A DNA stretch of 64,000 nucleotides from Bacteroidia bacterium (GTDB taxonomy: Bacteria; Bacteroidota; Bacteroidia; 2-12-FULL-35-15): positions 588,502-652,501 of the forward strand of contig JAURXZ010000030.1 in the NCBI GenBank assembly GCA_030654175.1, given 5' to 3'. This document shows positions 56,061 to 64,000 of the stretch, one piece after another. Below the pieces are notes generated by a model. The model saw only the letters and a program-made list of their open reading frames with translations, did not search any database and had not been told where the DNA came from. Each line of letters opens with the position of its first letter. The stretch's first letter is position 1. The translations under genes and the position numbers were made by a program.

Positions 56061-56390
56061 TTACATAAACCCTAATTCTAGTTGCGCCACTTCACTCATC
56101 ATTTCTTTTTCCCAGCTAGGCTCAAACGTTAATTCAATTTTTGCTGAACGGATCCCTTCTACTTCGCGCAATTTATCTTCCACCTCAGGAGGTAATGTTT
56201 CCGCAACCGGACAAGATGGTGATGTCAAGGTCATCTTTACATTCAGGTTATTTTCTTCATCTATATTAATTTCATAGATCAAGCCAAGTTCCCAAATATC
56301 AACCGGAATTTCCGGATCATAACAGGTTTTGATCGTGTCAATAACACGTTGTGCAAGAGGTGTATCGTGTGTGTTTATTATTGCCGGCAT
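56061..56390 (-). CDS. DUF59/SufT-like Fe-S assembly protein
   Basis: DPEIPVDIWELGLIY, MTLTSPSCP. Confidence 0.92.
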   Translation of the reverse strand: MPAIINTHDTPLAQRVIDTIKTCYDPEIPVDIWELGLIYEINIDEENNLNVKMTLTSPSCPVAETLPPEVEDKLREVEGIRSAKIELTFEPSWEKEMMSEVAQLELGFM

Positions 56391-56493
56391 TTTTTAAAAA
56401 TAAGTTTAAAGTTTTAAAGTTAAAAGTCAAAAAGAAAAAGGATAAGTTACAGATCAAAAGAAAAACATTAAAATTTTTGACTTTTGCCTTTCT

Positions 56494-56913
56494 TTAACTT
56501 TTGACTTTATAAGCTATTGCATCTAATTTCATTTGTTTTATCATGCTCACCAAACCATTGCTACGTGTAGGTGACAGGTGTTTGGTCAATCCGATTTTTT
56601 CCACGAAATCTAATTTAGCATTAATGATCTCATCTGGTGTGTGGTTTGATAAAACACGAATCATTAACGCTACCATTCCTTTTGTAATAATTGCATCACT
56701 GTCGGCTGTAAAAACAACTTTTCCATTGATAAGTTCTGAATGCATCCAAACCTGACTTTGGCATCCTTTGATGATCTTATCTTCGGTCTTGTATTTCTCA
56801 TTGATCAATGGCAAAGATTTTCCCAGATCGATGAGGTATTCGTACTTCCCCATCCAATCATCAAAAATTTCAAACTCTTCTATGATTTCTTTTTCTGTGT
56901 CTTCTATTCTCAT
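56494..56913 (-). CDS. sufE: Cysteine desulfuration protein SufE
   Basis: KGCQSQVW, DSDAIITKG, LSPTRSNGL; start may instead be 56937. Confidence 0.93.
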   Translation of the reverse strand: MRIEDTEKEIIEEFEIFDDWMGKYEYLIDLGKSLPLINEKYKTEDKIIKGCQSQVWMHSELINGKVVFTADSDAIITKGMVALMIRVLSNHTPDEIINAKLDFVEKIGLTKHLSPTRSNGLVSMIKQMKLDAIAYKVKS

Positions 56914-56953
56914 TGTTTCTTTTACCGCTAAGGGCATTTCAGATTCACTGAAA

Positions 56954-58201
56954 TTATTTTAACATTGAAATTGCTTTTTGCAATCCTGTAATAAAAATAT
57001 TGATCTCTTCTTTTGTATTATAAAATGCAAATGAAACTCGAATAGTTCCCGGCACACAATAGAACGCCATCAAAGGTTGTGTGCAATGATGACCTGTCCG
57101 GACTGCAATGCCAAGCTGATCCAAAATGGTTCCAATATCAAATGGATGTAAACCCTTCACTACAAATGAAATTACACTTGCTTTATTTTTTGCTGTTCCG
57201 ATAATTTTCAACCCTTCTATTTTTTGTAGCGCATCAGTTGCGTAGAGCAGTAATTCATGTTCGTATTCTGCAATAGTATCTAATCCAATAGTGTTAATAT
57301 AATCGATGGCAACTGCAAGTCCTATTCCGCCTTCAATATGAGGTGTGCCGGCTTCAAATTTTAATGGAAGGTCGGCATATTCTGTTTTTTCAAATGAAAC
57401 TGTTTTTATAGTTCCACCGCCAACCTGATAAGGAGGCATTTCATTCAACCATTTTTCTTTTCCGTAAAGTATTCCAACACCGGTAGGGCCAAATAATTTA
57501 TGTCCGCTGAAACAATAAAAATCACAACCCAATGCCTGCACATCCACCGATGTATGAGGTACAGCCTGTGCACCATCCACCAAAACCGGGATGTTTTTTG
57601 CATGTGCCAGTGCAATAATTTCTTCAATAGGATTAATGGTTCCAAGTGTATTGGAAATATGGGTGATCGCAACAATTTTTGTTTTTTCGTTCAGTAATCT
57701 TTTATAATCGGAAATTATTAATTCTCCTGCATCATTGATCGGAATTACCTTTAATACTGCGCCTTTTTCTTCACACAATTGCTGCCATGGCAAAATATTG
57801 GAATGGTGTTCCATTGCTGAAATTAAAATTTCATCCCCTTCTGAAATATATTTTTTACCAAATGAACTTGCGACTAGATTAATAGAATCGGTAGTGCCTT
57901 TGGTGAAAATAATTTCATGTGAGTGCTTGGCATTCAAATGGTTTTGAATGGTGGAACGGGCATTTTCGTATGCAACAGTAATTTCCTGACTTAAGGTATG
58001 AACGCCACGATGGATATTCGCGTTTTGATTTGTATAATAATTTGTAAGGGAATCAATTACCGATCGAGGCTTTTGCGAGGTTGCTCCATTATCAAAATAG
58101 ATCAAAGGCCTTCCATTTACTTTACGGGAAAGTATTGGAAAATCGGCACGGATCTTTTCAATATCAATGCTTGTTTTGTATATCGTTTTTGGTGCTGTCA
58201 T
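56954..58201 (-). CDS. sufS: Cysteine desulfurase SufS
   Basis: YFDNGATSQKP, ANIHRGVH, SGHK, FEAGTP, RTGHHC. Confidence 0.95.
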   Translation of the reverse strand: MTAPKTIYKTSIDIEKIRADFPILSRKVNGRPLIYFDNGATSQKPRSVIDSLTNYYTNQNANIHRGVHTLSQEITVAYENARSTIQNHLNAKHSHEIIFTKGTTDSINLVASSFGKKYISEGDEILISAMEHHSNILPWQQLCEEKGAVLKVIPINDAGELIISDYKRLLNEKTKIVAITHISNTLGTINPIEEIIALAHAKNIPVLVDGAQAVPHTSVDVQALGCDFYCFSGHKLFGPTGVGILYGKEKWLNEMPPYQVGGGTIKTVSFEKTEYADLPLKFEAGTPHIEGGIGLAVAIDYINTIGLDTIAEYEHELLLYATDALQKIEGLKIIGTAKNKASVISFVVKGLHPFDIGTILDQLGIAVRTGHHCTQPLMAFYCVPGTIRVSFAFYNTKEEINIFITGLQKAISMLK

Positions 58202-58473
58202 GAATACAAGTACAAAGTTAAGAATAATTCTAAATAGAAGCGTCTTTTATTGAATTTAAAGTGTTTCAAAGGACATTTTTTTAGAAATATTGTCACTTTT
58301 ATCAGCTTTTGATTCTCCGTAAAATTTTTATGACCCGGCCAATTATATAATAGAATCAAAAGATATTTATACTCCTTTGGCTATCTATAATAGTGTTTGG
58401 ACGAAACCTTTATATTAAATTGTGGAAGAAAGATTAGTTTTCTTATCATTATAAGGTAAATCAGTAATTAAAC

Positions 58474-60303
58474 ATGCAAAAATTCTTTATTATCTGGTTG
58501 ATCAGCATGTTAATTCCTATTTTCTCAAGTGCACAAGCTCAACCGGAAAAGAAGAAAGAAAAAAAAGATTCTTTAGCTGTTTATAAAAAAATACAACGCA
58601 TTGCTTCGAAACGGAAATTCACCCATTTGCTTTACCAGGCTATTTTTACGGATTCTATATCCGGCCTCCTTGTGTCTCCGAAAATAAAAAAAGATAATTA
58701 TGACAATTACAAAGGAAAAATCATCCGGAAAATTGAAATAATTTCACTTGATCCTTTCGGTACTTCAGTTGATTTCCCTGACAGAAAAATTGATAAACCG
58801 TTGGTGAAAACAGGAAATAAATTACACGCTAAATCAAAAGAAATAATTATAAAAAACCAGTTGCTGATAAAGAAAGGGGATACGTTAGATCCCCTTTCTT
58901 TAAGGGAGTCGGAGCGGATCTTAAGAAGAACTTCTTACATAAGGGATGCTAAGATCAGCATTGATCCGGTAAGGAATAGCCAAGATAGTATTGATGTGGT
59001 AGTGGTGGTCCAGAATCTTTGGTCGTTGCTATTGACATTAGAAAGTGATGGCCCTTACTACACTGTTTCGTTAAAAGAAACTAACTTTTTAGGACTTGGG
59101 CAGGGGTTTCAAAACGGTTTGACCTTTCGACCAGATTCTTTGACCCATGCGGTTTTAAATGGTAGTTATTCTATTCCTAATATCAGAAGAAGTTTTATAA
59201 CCGCAACCGCTTATTATAGCACTTCTACAAACAATTCTGTTCGTGGGATGAGCGTAAACCGAATGTTTTATTCCCCTTTGGCTAAATGGGCAGGAGGAGG
59301 AGACGAGATCCTTGTAAATTCAGTTAATCCATACACTGTAGTTGATTCTTTTCAGTCGGGTTACCCTATAGAATCCAGGCATCATGATTACTGGCTTGGC
59401 AGAAGTTTTAAAATACATCATGGGGATTCTGATGAAGACAGAAGTTCGCGATTAGTGGTTGCCGGAAGGTTGCTTAACATATATTATAACCAAAGACCAA
59501 ATTCCTTAGTTGATACTTTACACATATTTCAGAACAGTACATTTTACTTCGGGAGTGTTGGATATTCTACACGTAAATACTATAAAGATGAGTATATTTT
59601 CCGGTTTGGTGTAAACGAAGATGTTCCCGAAGGAAGTCTTTTTGCGCTGATTGGAGGATTAGAAAACAAAGAACTTTCCCTGAATTATTATATGGGGGCA
59701 AAAACCGCTGCAGGAAAGCACTTCGATAACAAAGGTTATATTTCAGGCGGCTTAGAATATGGCACGTTTTTGAAATCCGCCAAACCAGAAAGAGGGGTTA
59801 TCAATTTTGATCTCTCTTATATAAGTGATCGTTTAATGATAAACAGATATGGTGTAAGGCAGTTCATTTATTACCATCTCACACAAGGGCTGGATAGAGA
59901 AGTTTATGAGAGTGTAAATATTAACGGGAACAAAGGGCTTTACGGATTTGAAAGTAATACTTTAAAAGGAAAAAGTAAAATGTATCTGAACTTACAAACT
60001 ATTATTTATACACCCTGGAATTTGATCGGGTTTCAGTTTGCTCCTGTTGTATTTGCGGGTTTCGGAATGATGGATAACAAAAACGGATTTTCCATACAAA
60101 ACACAGTATACCAGGTTTATGGAATTGGGGTGTTGGTAAGAAACGAAAATCTGATCATTAATTCGTTCCGGTTTTCTTTTGCATTTTATCCTAATGAACC
60201 CGGCAGACCCGGGGTTGATTTTAGAATAAATCCTTTTGGCGCTTATGATCTAAGGTTCAATGATTTTTTTCTTTCTAAGCCAAGTCCTGTTTCATATCAA
60301 TAA
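58474..60303 (+). CDS. Outer-membrane beta-barrel protein with POTRA-like domain (BamA/TamA-like)
   Basis: Signal peptide; LRESERILR..YIRDA POTRA-like segment; ETNFLGLG; alternating aromatic strands. Confidence 0.7.
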   Translation: MQKFFIIWLISMLIPIFSSAQAQPEKKKEKKDSLAVYKKIQRIASKRKFTHLLYQAIFTDSISGLLVSPKIKKDNYDNYKGKIIRKIEIISLDPFGTSVDFPDRKIDKPLVKTGNKLHAKSKEIIIKNQLLIKKGDTLDPLSLRESERILRRTSYIRDAKISIDPVRNSQDSIDVVVVVQNLWSLLLTLESDGPYYTVSLKETNFLGLGQGFQNGLTFRPDSLTHAVLNGSYSIPNIRRSFITATAYYSTSTNNSVRGMSVNRMFYSPLAKWAGGGDEILVNSVNPYTVVDSFQSGYPIESRHHDYWLGRSFKIHHGDSDEDRSSRLVVAGRLLNIYYNQRPNSLVDTLHIFQNSTFYFGSVGYSTRKYYKDEYIFRFGVNEDVPEGSLFALIGGLENKELSLNYYMGAKTAAGKHFDNKGYISGGLEYGTFLKSAKPERGVINFDLSYISDRLMINRYGVRQFIYYHLTQGLDREVYESVNINGNKGLYGFESNTLKGKSKMYLNLQTIIYTPWNLIGFQFAPVVFAGFGMMDNKNGFSIQNTVYQVYGIGVLVRNENLIINSFRFSFAFYPNEPGRPGVDFRINPFGAYDLRFNDFFLSKPSPVSYQ

Positions 60304-60387
60304 GATGTGGAGGTGGTTATTTTCTTTTTAAATATTTACAGATTATGAATTAATATTAACCTGTTCTTTTTTTAAGAATAAATTTAA

Positions 60388-60479
60388 TGGGGGCGTTCCA
60401 CTTTCTGAAAAGAAAGTGGCGGGCTTTGCGCTTCAATCTTTTCTAAAAAGAAAAGGATTTACGCTGCAATCCCTAACGC
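60388..60479 (+). ncRNA. Dispersed structured repeat/RNA (Flavo-1-like), copy 2
   Basis: Same scaffold as 37229-37326 with different hairpin sequences. Confidence 0.6.
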
Positions 60480-60548
60480 AATAATAACAACAGCAGAACA
60501 ATAGTATCAATCGTATCTATTATATTTGCAACAAAGTCTTAAAAAATT

Positions 60549-61697
60549 GTGAAAACACCTATTTATTTAGATCATAACGCTACCACACCAGTTGATAAAC
60601 GGGTGTTAGAAACGATGTTGCCCTATTTTACTGAAAAATTTGGTAACGCCTCCAGCCGCACACATGCTTTTGGCTGGGTTGCAGAAGATGCTGTAAAAAC
60701 AGCGCGTGAACAAGTTGCTCAACTTATCAACTGTTTGGCACAGGAAATTATTTTTACATCCGGTGCCACTGAAGCTATTAACCTTGCCATTAAAGGTGTT
60801 TGGGAAAAGTATCAAACCAAAGGCAAACATATTATCACTGTTAAAACCGAACACAAAGCAGTGCTGGATACTTGTAAATCCCTGGAACGAAAAGGTGCTG
60901 AGATCACTTATTTATCAGTGGATCGTGAAGGATTGATCGATCTGGAAGAATTAAAAAATGCACTAACTCCTCAAACTATTCTGGTAGCTGTGATGTATGC
61001 CAACAATGAAACAGGAGTGATACAACCTATCAAACAAATTGCTGACCTGGTTCATGCCAACAATAGTATTTTTATGTGTGATGCAACACAAGCTGTCGGA
61101 AAAATAAATTGCGATGTGGAAGATGATCATATTGATCTGATGTGTTTGAGTGCACATAAATTTTACGGTCCGAAAGGTATAGGTGCTTTGTATGTTAGAA
61201 GAAAAAACCCACGTGTTACGTTGTATCCGCAAATAGATGGCGGTGGTCATGAACGCGGTTTACGCTCAGGAACATTAAACGTAACAGGCATTGTGGGGCT
61301 TGGCAAAGCCTGTGAAATTGCACAACAGGAAATGTGGGACGATTCGATCCGCATTTCAAAACTGCGAACAAAATTGGAGCAGCACCTCTGCGACCTGCCG
61401 AATGTTTTTATTAATGGAAGCACGAAGCATCGTTTGTTTAATGTTACCAATATTACTTTTCAAGGTGTTCGTTCAGAAACACTAATAAATAAAATTCCAA
61501 ACATTGCATTAGCAATGGGTTCCGCATGCACTTCCGCTATTGCAGAACCATCACATGTTTTAAAAGCGATGGGAATGAGTGATGAGGATTCCTATAGTGC
61601 TGTTCGCTTTAGTTTGGGCAAATACACTACAGAAGCAGAAATTAATGAAGTGATTGAAATAGTGAATAGAGTAATTTTTGAGATGGCAAAGAACTGA
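60549..61697 (+). CDS. iscS: IscS/NifS-type cysteine desulfurase
   Basis: YLDHNATTP, FTSGATE, ANNETG, SAHKFYGPKG, RSGTLNV, GSACTS; GTG start. Confidence 0.88.
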   Translation: MKTPIYLDHNATTPVDKRVLETMLPYFTEKFGNASSRTHAFGWVAEDAVKTAREQVAQLINCLAQEIIFTSGATEAINLAIKGVWEKYQTKGKHIITVKTEHKAVLDTCKSLERKGAEITYLSVDREGLIDLEELKNALTPQTILVAVMYANNETGVIQPIKQIADLVHANNSIFMCDATQAVGKINCDVEDDHIDLMCLSAHKFYGPKGIGALYVRRKNPRVTLYPQIDGGGHERGLRSGTLNVTGIVGLGKACEIAQQEMWDDSIRISKLRTKLEQHLCDLPNVFINGSTKHRLFNVTNITFQGVRSETLINKIPNIALAMGSACTSAIAEPSHVLKAMGMSDEDSYSAVRFSLGKYTTEAEINEVIEIVNRVIFEMAKN

Positions 61698-61749
61698 TTA
61701 ATGTAGAATACGGACAACCGTTTTATAACCCTTTAGATTAAAAAGATTT

Positions 61750-64000
61750 TTAAACTCTAACACCAATCATCAAAATATCATCCACCTGCTCCAGGTTTCC
61801 TTTCCAATTATTGACCGTTTTGTTAAGTATCAACTTTTGATCCTCCATCGATAAGTGCTGAATCCCTAACAATAGCTCTTTTAATTGCTTTTGTAAAAAT
61901 TTCTTTTCTTTGGGTCCGCCAAACTGGTCGGCATAACCATCTGATGCAGTATAAACAATATCCCCTTTTTGCAATACTATAGTTTGTAAGGTAAATGACA
62001 GGTTCTCTTCATTATATTTACCAACAGGCATTTTATCAGCCTTGTATTCTATCAATTCTCCCTTACGCAGCAACCATAAAGGATTATATGCAGCTGCAAA
62101 ATGTAAAAGCATGTTGTCAAAATCAAAAGCGCAGAGAACGCAATCCATACCGTCCCTTGAAACCTCTTTACTTCCTGGTGGATTAAGAGCTTTTATTATT
62201 TCGGCACGTTGAGCGTTAAGGATATCATGTGGCATAGTAATACCTCGTTCCAATACGTTTTCGTTAAGATAAGAAATATTTAGCATACTCATAAAAGCGC
62301 CAGGTACCCCATGTCCGGTACAATCGGCTGTAGCAATATAAAAGAGTCCTTTGCCACCATTCCCAGCATTTGGAGCACTTTGTAATGCCCAGTAAAAATC
62401 TCCACTGACAATATCTTTGGGTTTAAATAATATAAAATATTCTGCTGGTAAATTATTCTTAATATAATCATCGCTAGTAAGCAGGGCGGTTTGTATGCGT
62501 TTGGCGTAAGTGATTGAATCTACAATCTCTTTTTGCTTTTCTTCAACAATGTGTTTTTGCCTATCTGCAATCTTACGAAGCTCTTCAGCAATAATACGCT
62601 GGCTATCAGCTATATCTTTTTGCTTAGTGACTTCATTCTTTTGTTCCTCAATAATATTTTTCTGCTTACGAGTAATACGTAACGATCTGAAAATAAAGCC
62701 GGCAAATACCAGCACCAGTAGAAAACCAACAACAACTGAACAGATGATATTTTTTTGTAAGCGACTTTTCTCTTCTGCAATTGCTTGCTGCTTTTCATTC
62801 TCCGCCTTAGTAAGAGCTTCTTTTTTACCAAATTCATAGTCCATTTCTTTCCGCACCAATTGTTTTTTGTTTTCCTGACCAAATATAGTATCGCGAATTG
62901 CTATGGACCTCTTATAATAATTCAAAGAAAGTAAGCGCATCTCTTCAATAGATAAAAATTTGCCTCCACTTGTATCTGGTAAGGGAATGTTTGCCTTTTC
63001 ATAAAGTTCGCTTAAATCACTATATGAAACTTGCTGGTGATCCATTGATCCAATACTTTCATTAATAACAAGGGCCCGGGAGATATATTTCTGTGCCTCT
63101 TTATATTTTTTTTGCTCGGTATAGAGGGAGCCAATACTCCCAAGTATTATTGCCTCACCACTTTTTCTCCCAAGCTCTTCATTTATTTTCAATGCTTTGA
63201 AATAATAATCCAAAGCTTTAGGAAAATCTCCCTGATCGGAATAGACATTTGCAATATTGCCAAGTTTGCTTGCAATACTACTTTTGTTTCCAACCTCCTC
63301 TGCTATTTTCAATGCCTTAAAATAATATTCTAATGCTTTTTTATAAAGAGAGTTGGACATTATTTTATCGACAGTCTGTTGACTCCCGGCTTGATGATAA
63401 TATACATTGCCGATATTGCCAAGCCACGCGGAACTATGATTTTTCCTTCCTAACTCTTCCGAAATTTTAAGTGCCTTGAAATAATAATCCAATGCCTTTG
63501 GGTAATTAACCTGATCGGAATAGATAATTCCTATATTACCAAGCCAGGTTCCAATTAAGTTTTTATCTCCGATATCTTCCGCTATTTTTAATGCTTTGAA
63601 AAAACAGTCCAATGCCTTGGGAAAATTTGCCTGATCTTTATAGACAGTTCCAATGCTTCCGTAAGTAATAGACAATTCATCTTTTGCACCCAGTTCTTCG
63701 TTGAGTTTTATTGCTTTAAGATAATAATCAATTGCTTGAGGGTAAAGCCCCAATTGATTAGTATTCCAGCCCAACTCTGCAAAAGAAATGGCGAGAAATT
63801 TTTTGTTGTTTATCCTTTCGGAAATCTCCTTTGCTTGTTCTGCATAGAAAATAGCACTATCTGGATTTTGATAAGAGTATTTACTGGCAAGTGAAATAAG
63901 GCATTTTACCTTATTTGTATCAATTTTTTCTTTTTTCAGTAGGTTTAAAAGAGAATCAATTTTTTTGTCTTGGGCCTTTAAAGGAAATACAAAAAATGAA
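61750..64000 (-). CDS. TPR-repeat sensor with TM helix and SpoIIE/PP2C phosphatase domain (5' end beyond window)
   Basis: Frame stays open from 63774 to the window end (..KAQDKKIDSLL..); KALDYYFKALKI TPR repeats; VSGDFY, ADCTGHGVPGA, DGMD, SDGYADQFGG, QVDD. Confidence 0.93.
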   Translation of the reverse strand, partial: SFFVFPLKAQDKKIDSLLNLLKKEKIDTNKVKCLISLASKYSYQNPDSAIFYAEQAKEISERINNKKFLAISFAELGWNTNQLGLYPQAIDYYLKAIKLNEELGAKDELSITYGSIGTVYKDQANFPKALDCFFKALKIAEDIGDKNLIGTWLGNIGIIYSDQVNYPKALDYYFKALKISEELGRKNHSSAWLGNIGNVYYHQAGSQQTVDKIMSNSLYKKALEYYFKALKIAEEVGNKSSIASKLGNIANVYSDQGDFPKALDYYFKALKINEELGRKSGEAIILGSIGSLYTEQKKYKEAQKYISRALVINESIGSMDHQQVSYSDLSELYEKANIPLPDTSGGKFLSIEEMRLLSLNYYKRSIAIRDTIFGQENKKQLVRKEMDYEFGKKEALTKAENEKQQAIAEEKSRLQKNIICSVVVGFLLVLVFAGFIFRSLRITRKQKNIIEEQKNEVTKQKDIADSQRIIAEELRKIADRQKHIVEEKQKEIVDSITYAKRIQTALLTSDDYIKNNLPAEYFILFKPKDIVSGDFYWALQSAPNAGNGGKGLFYIATADCTGHGVPGAFMSMLNISYLNENVLERGITMPHDILNAQRAEIIKALNPPGSKEVSRDGMDCVLCAFDFDNMLLHFAAAYNPLWLLRKGELIEYKADKMPVGKYNEENLSFTLQTIVLQKGDIVYTASDGYADQFGGPKEKKFLQKQLKELLLGIQHLSMEDQKLILNKTVNNWKGNLEQVDDILMIGVRV

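Noticed and set aside
55464-61697. Two cysteine desulfurases close together as a novel sulfur-modification system
   Set aside because: sufS-sufE-DUF59-DUF2480 is a normal Bacteroidota arrangement and no dnd/ssp genes accompany the IscS homologue.

Overview
AT-rich Bacteroidota chromosome segment, judged from TAnnTTTG promoter boxes and T9SS C-terminal sorting domains. Left to right: (1) a large Gly-rich/PKD T9SS surface protein running off the left end; (2) a small accessory patch with a 69-aa membrane ORF, a ~180-bp cassette that looks like two fully overlapping antisense small RNAs, and an ORF6N gene whose internal coding palindrome recurs as sequence variants in its own upstream region; (3) an ~8.75-kb element (5561-14312) in the 3' end of tRNA-Arg(ACG), bounded by an 18-bp direct repeat, with satellite/PICI-like layout (integrase, repressor, two Xis-like HTHs, a second integrase, primase-helicase, two different repeat clusters) and no capsid, terminase or relaxase genes; (4) SPFH, a rhodanese/thioredoxin persulfide-handling cluster and a usp/S2P/Ca-transport operon that share an upstream palindromic motif; (5) thrC, a wecB glycan-tailoring cluster, upp, a YjjG-family HAD and mqnC; (6) a ~17-kb array of T9SS proteins, four of which carry different heads on a common 7xPKD stalk; (7) SUF/IscS Fe-S genes, an outer-membrane protein and a TPR-PP2C sensor running off the right end. 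Family assignments come from motif recognition by eye; no database search was run.
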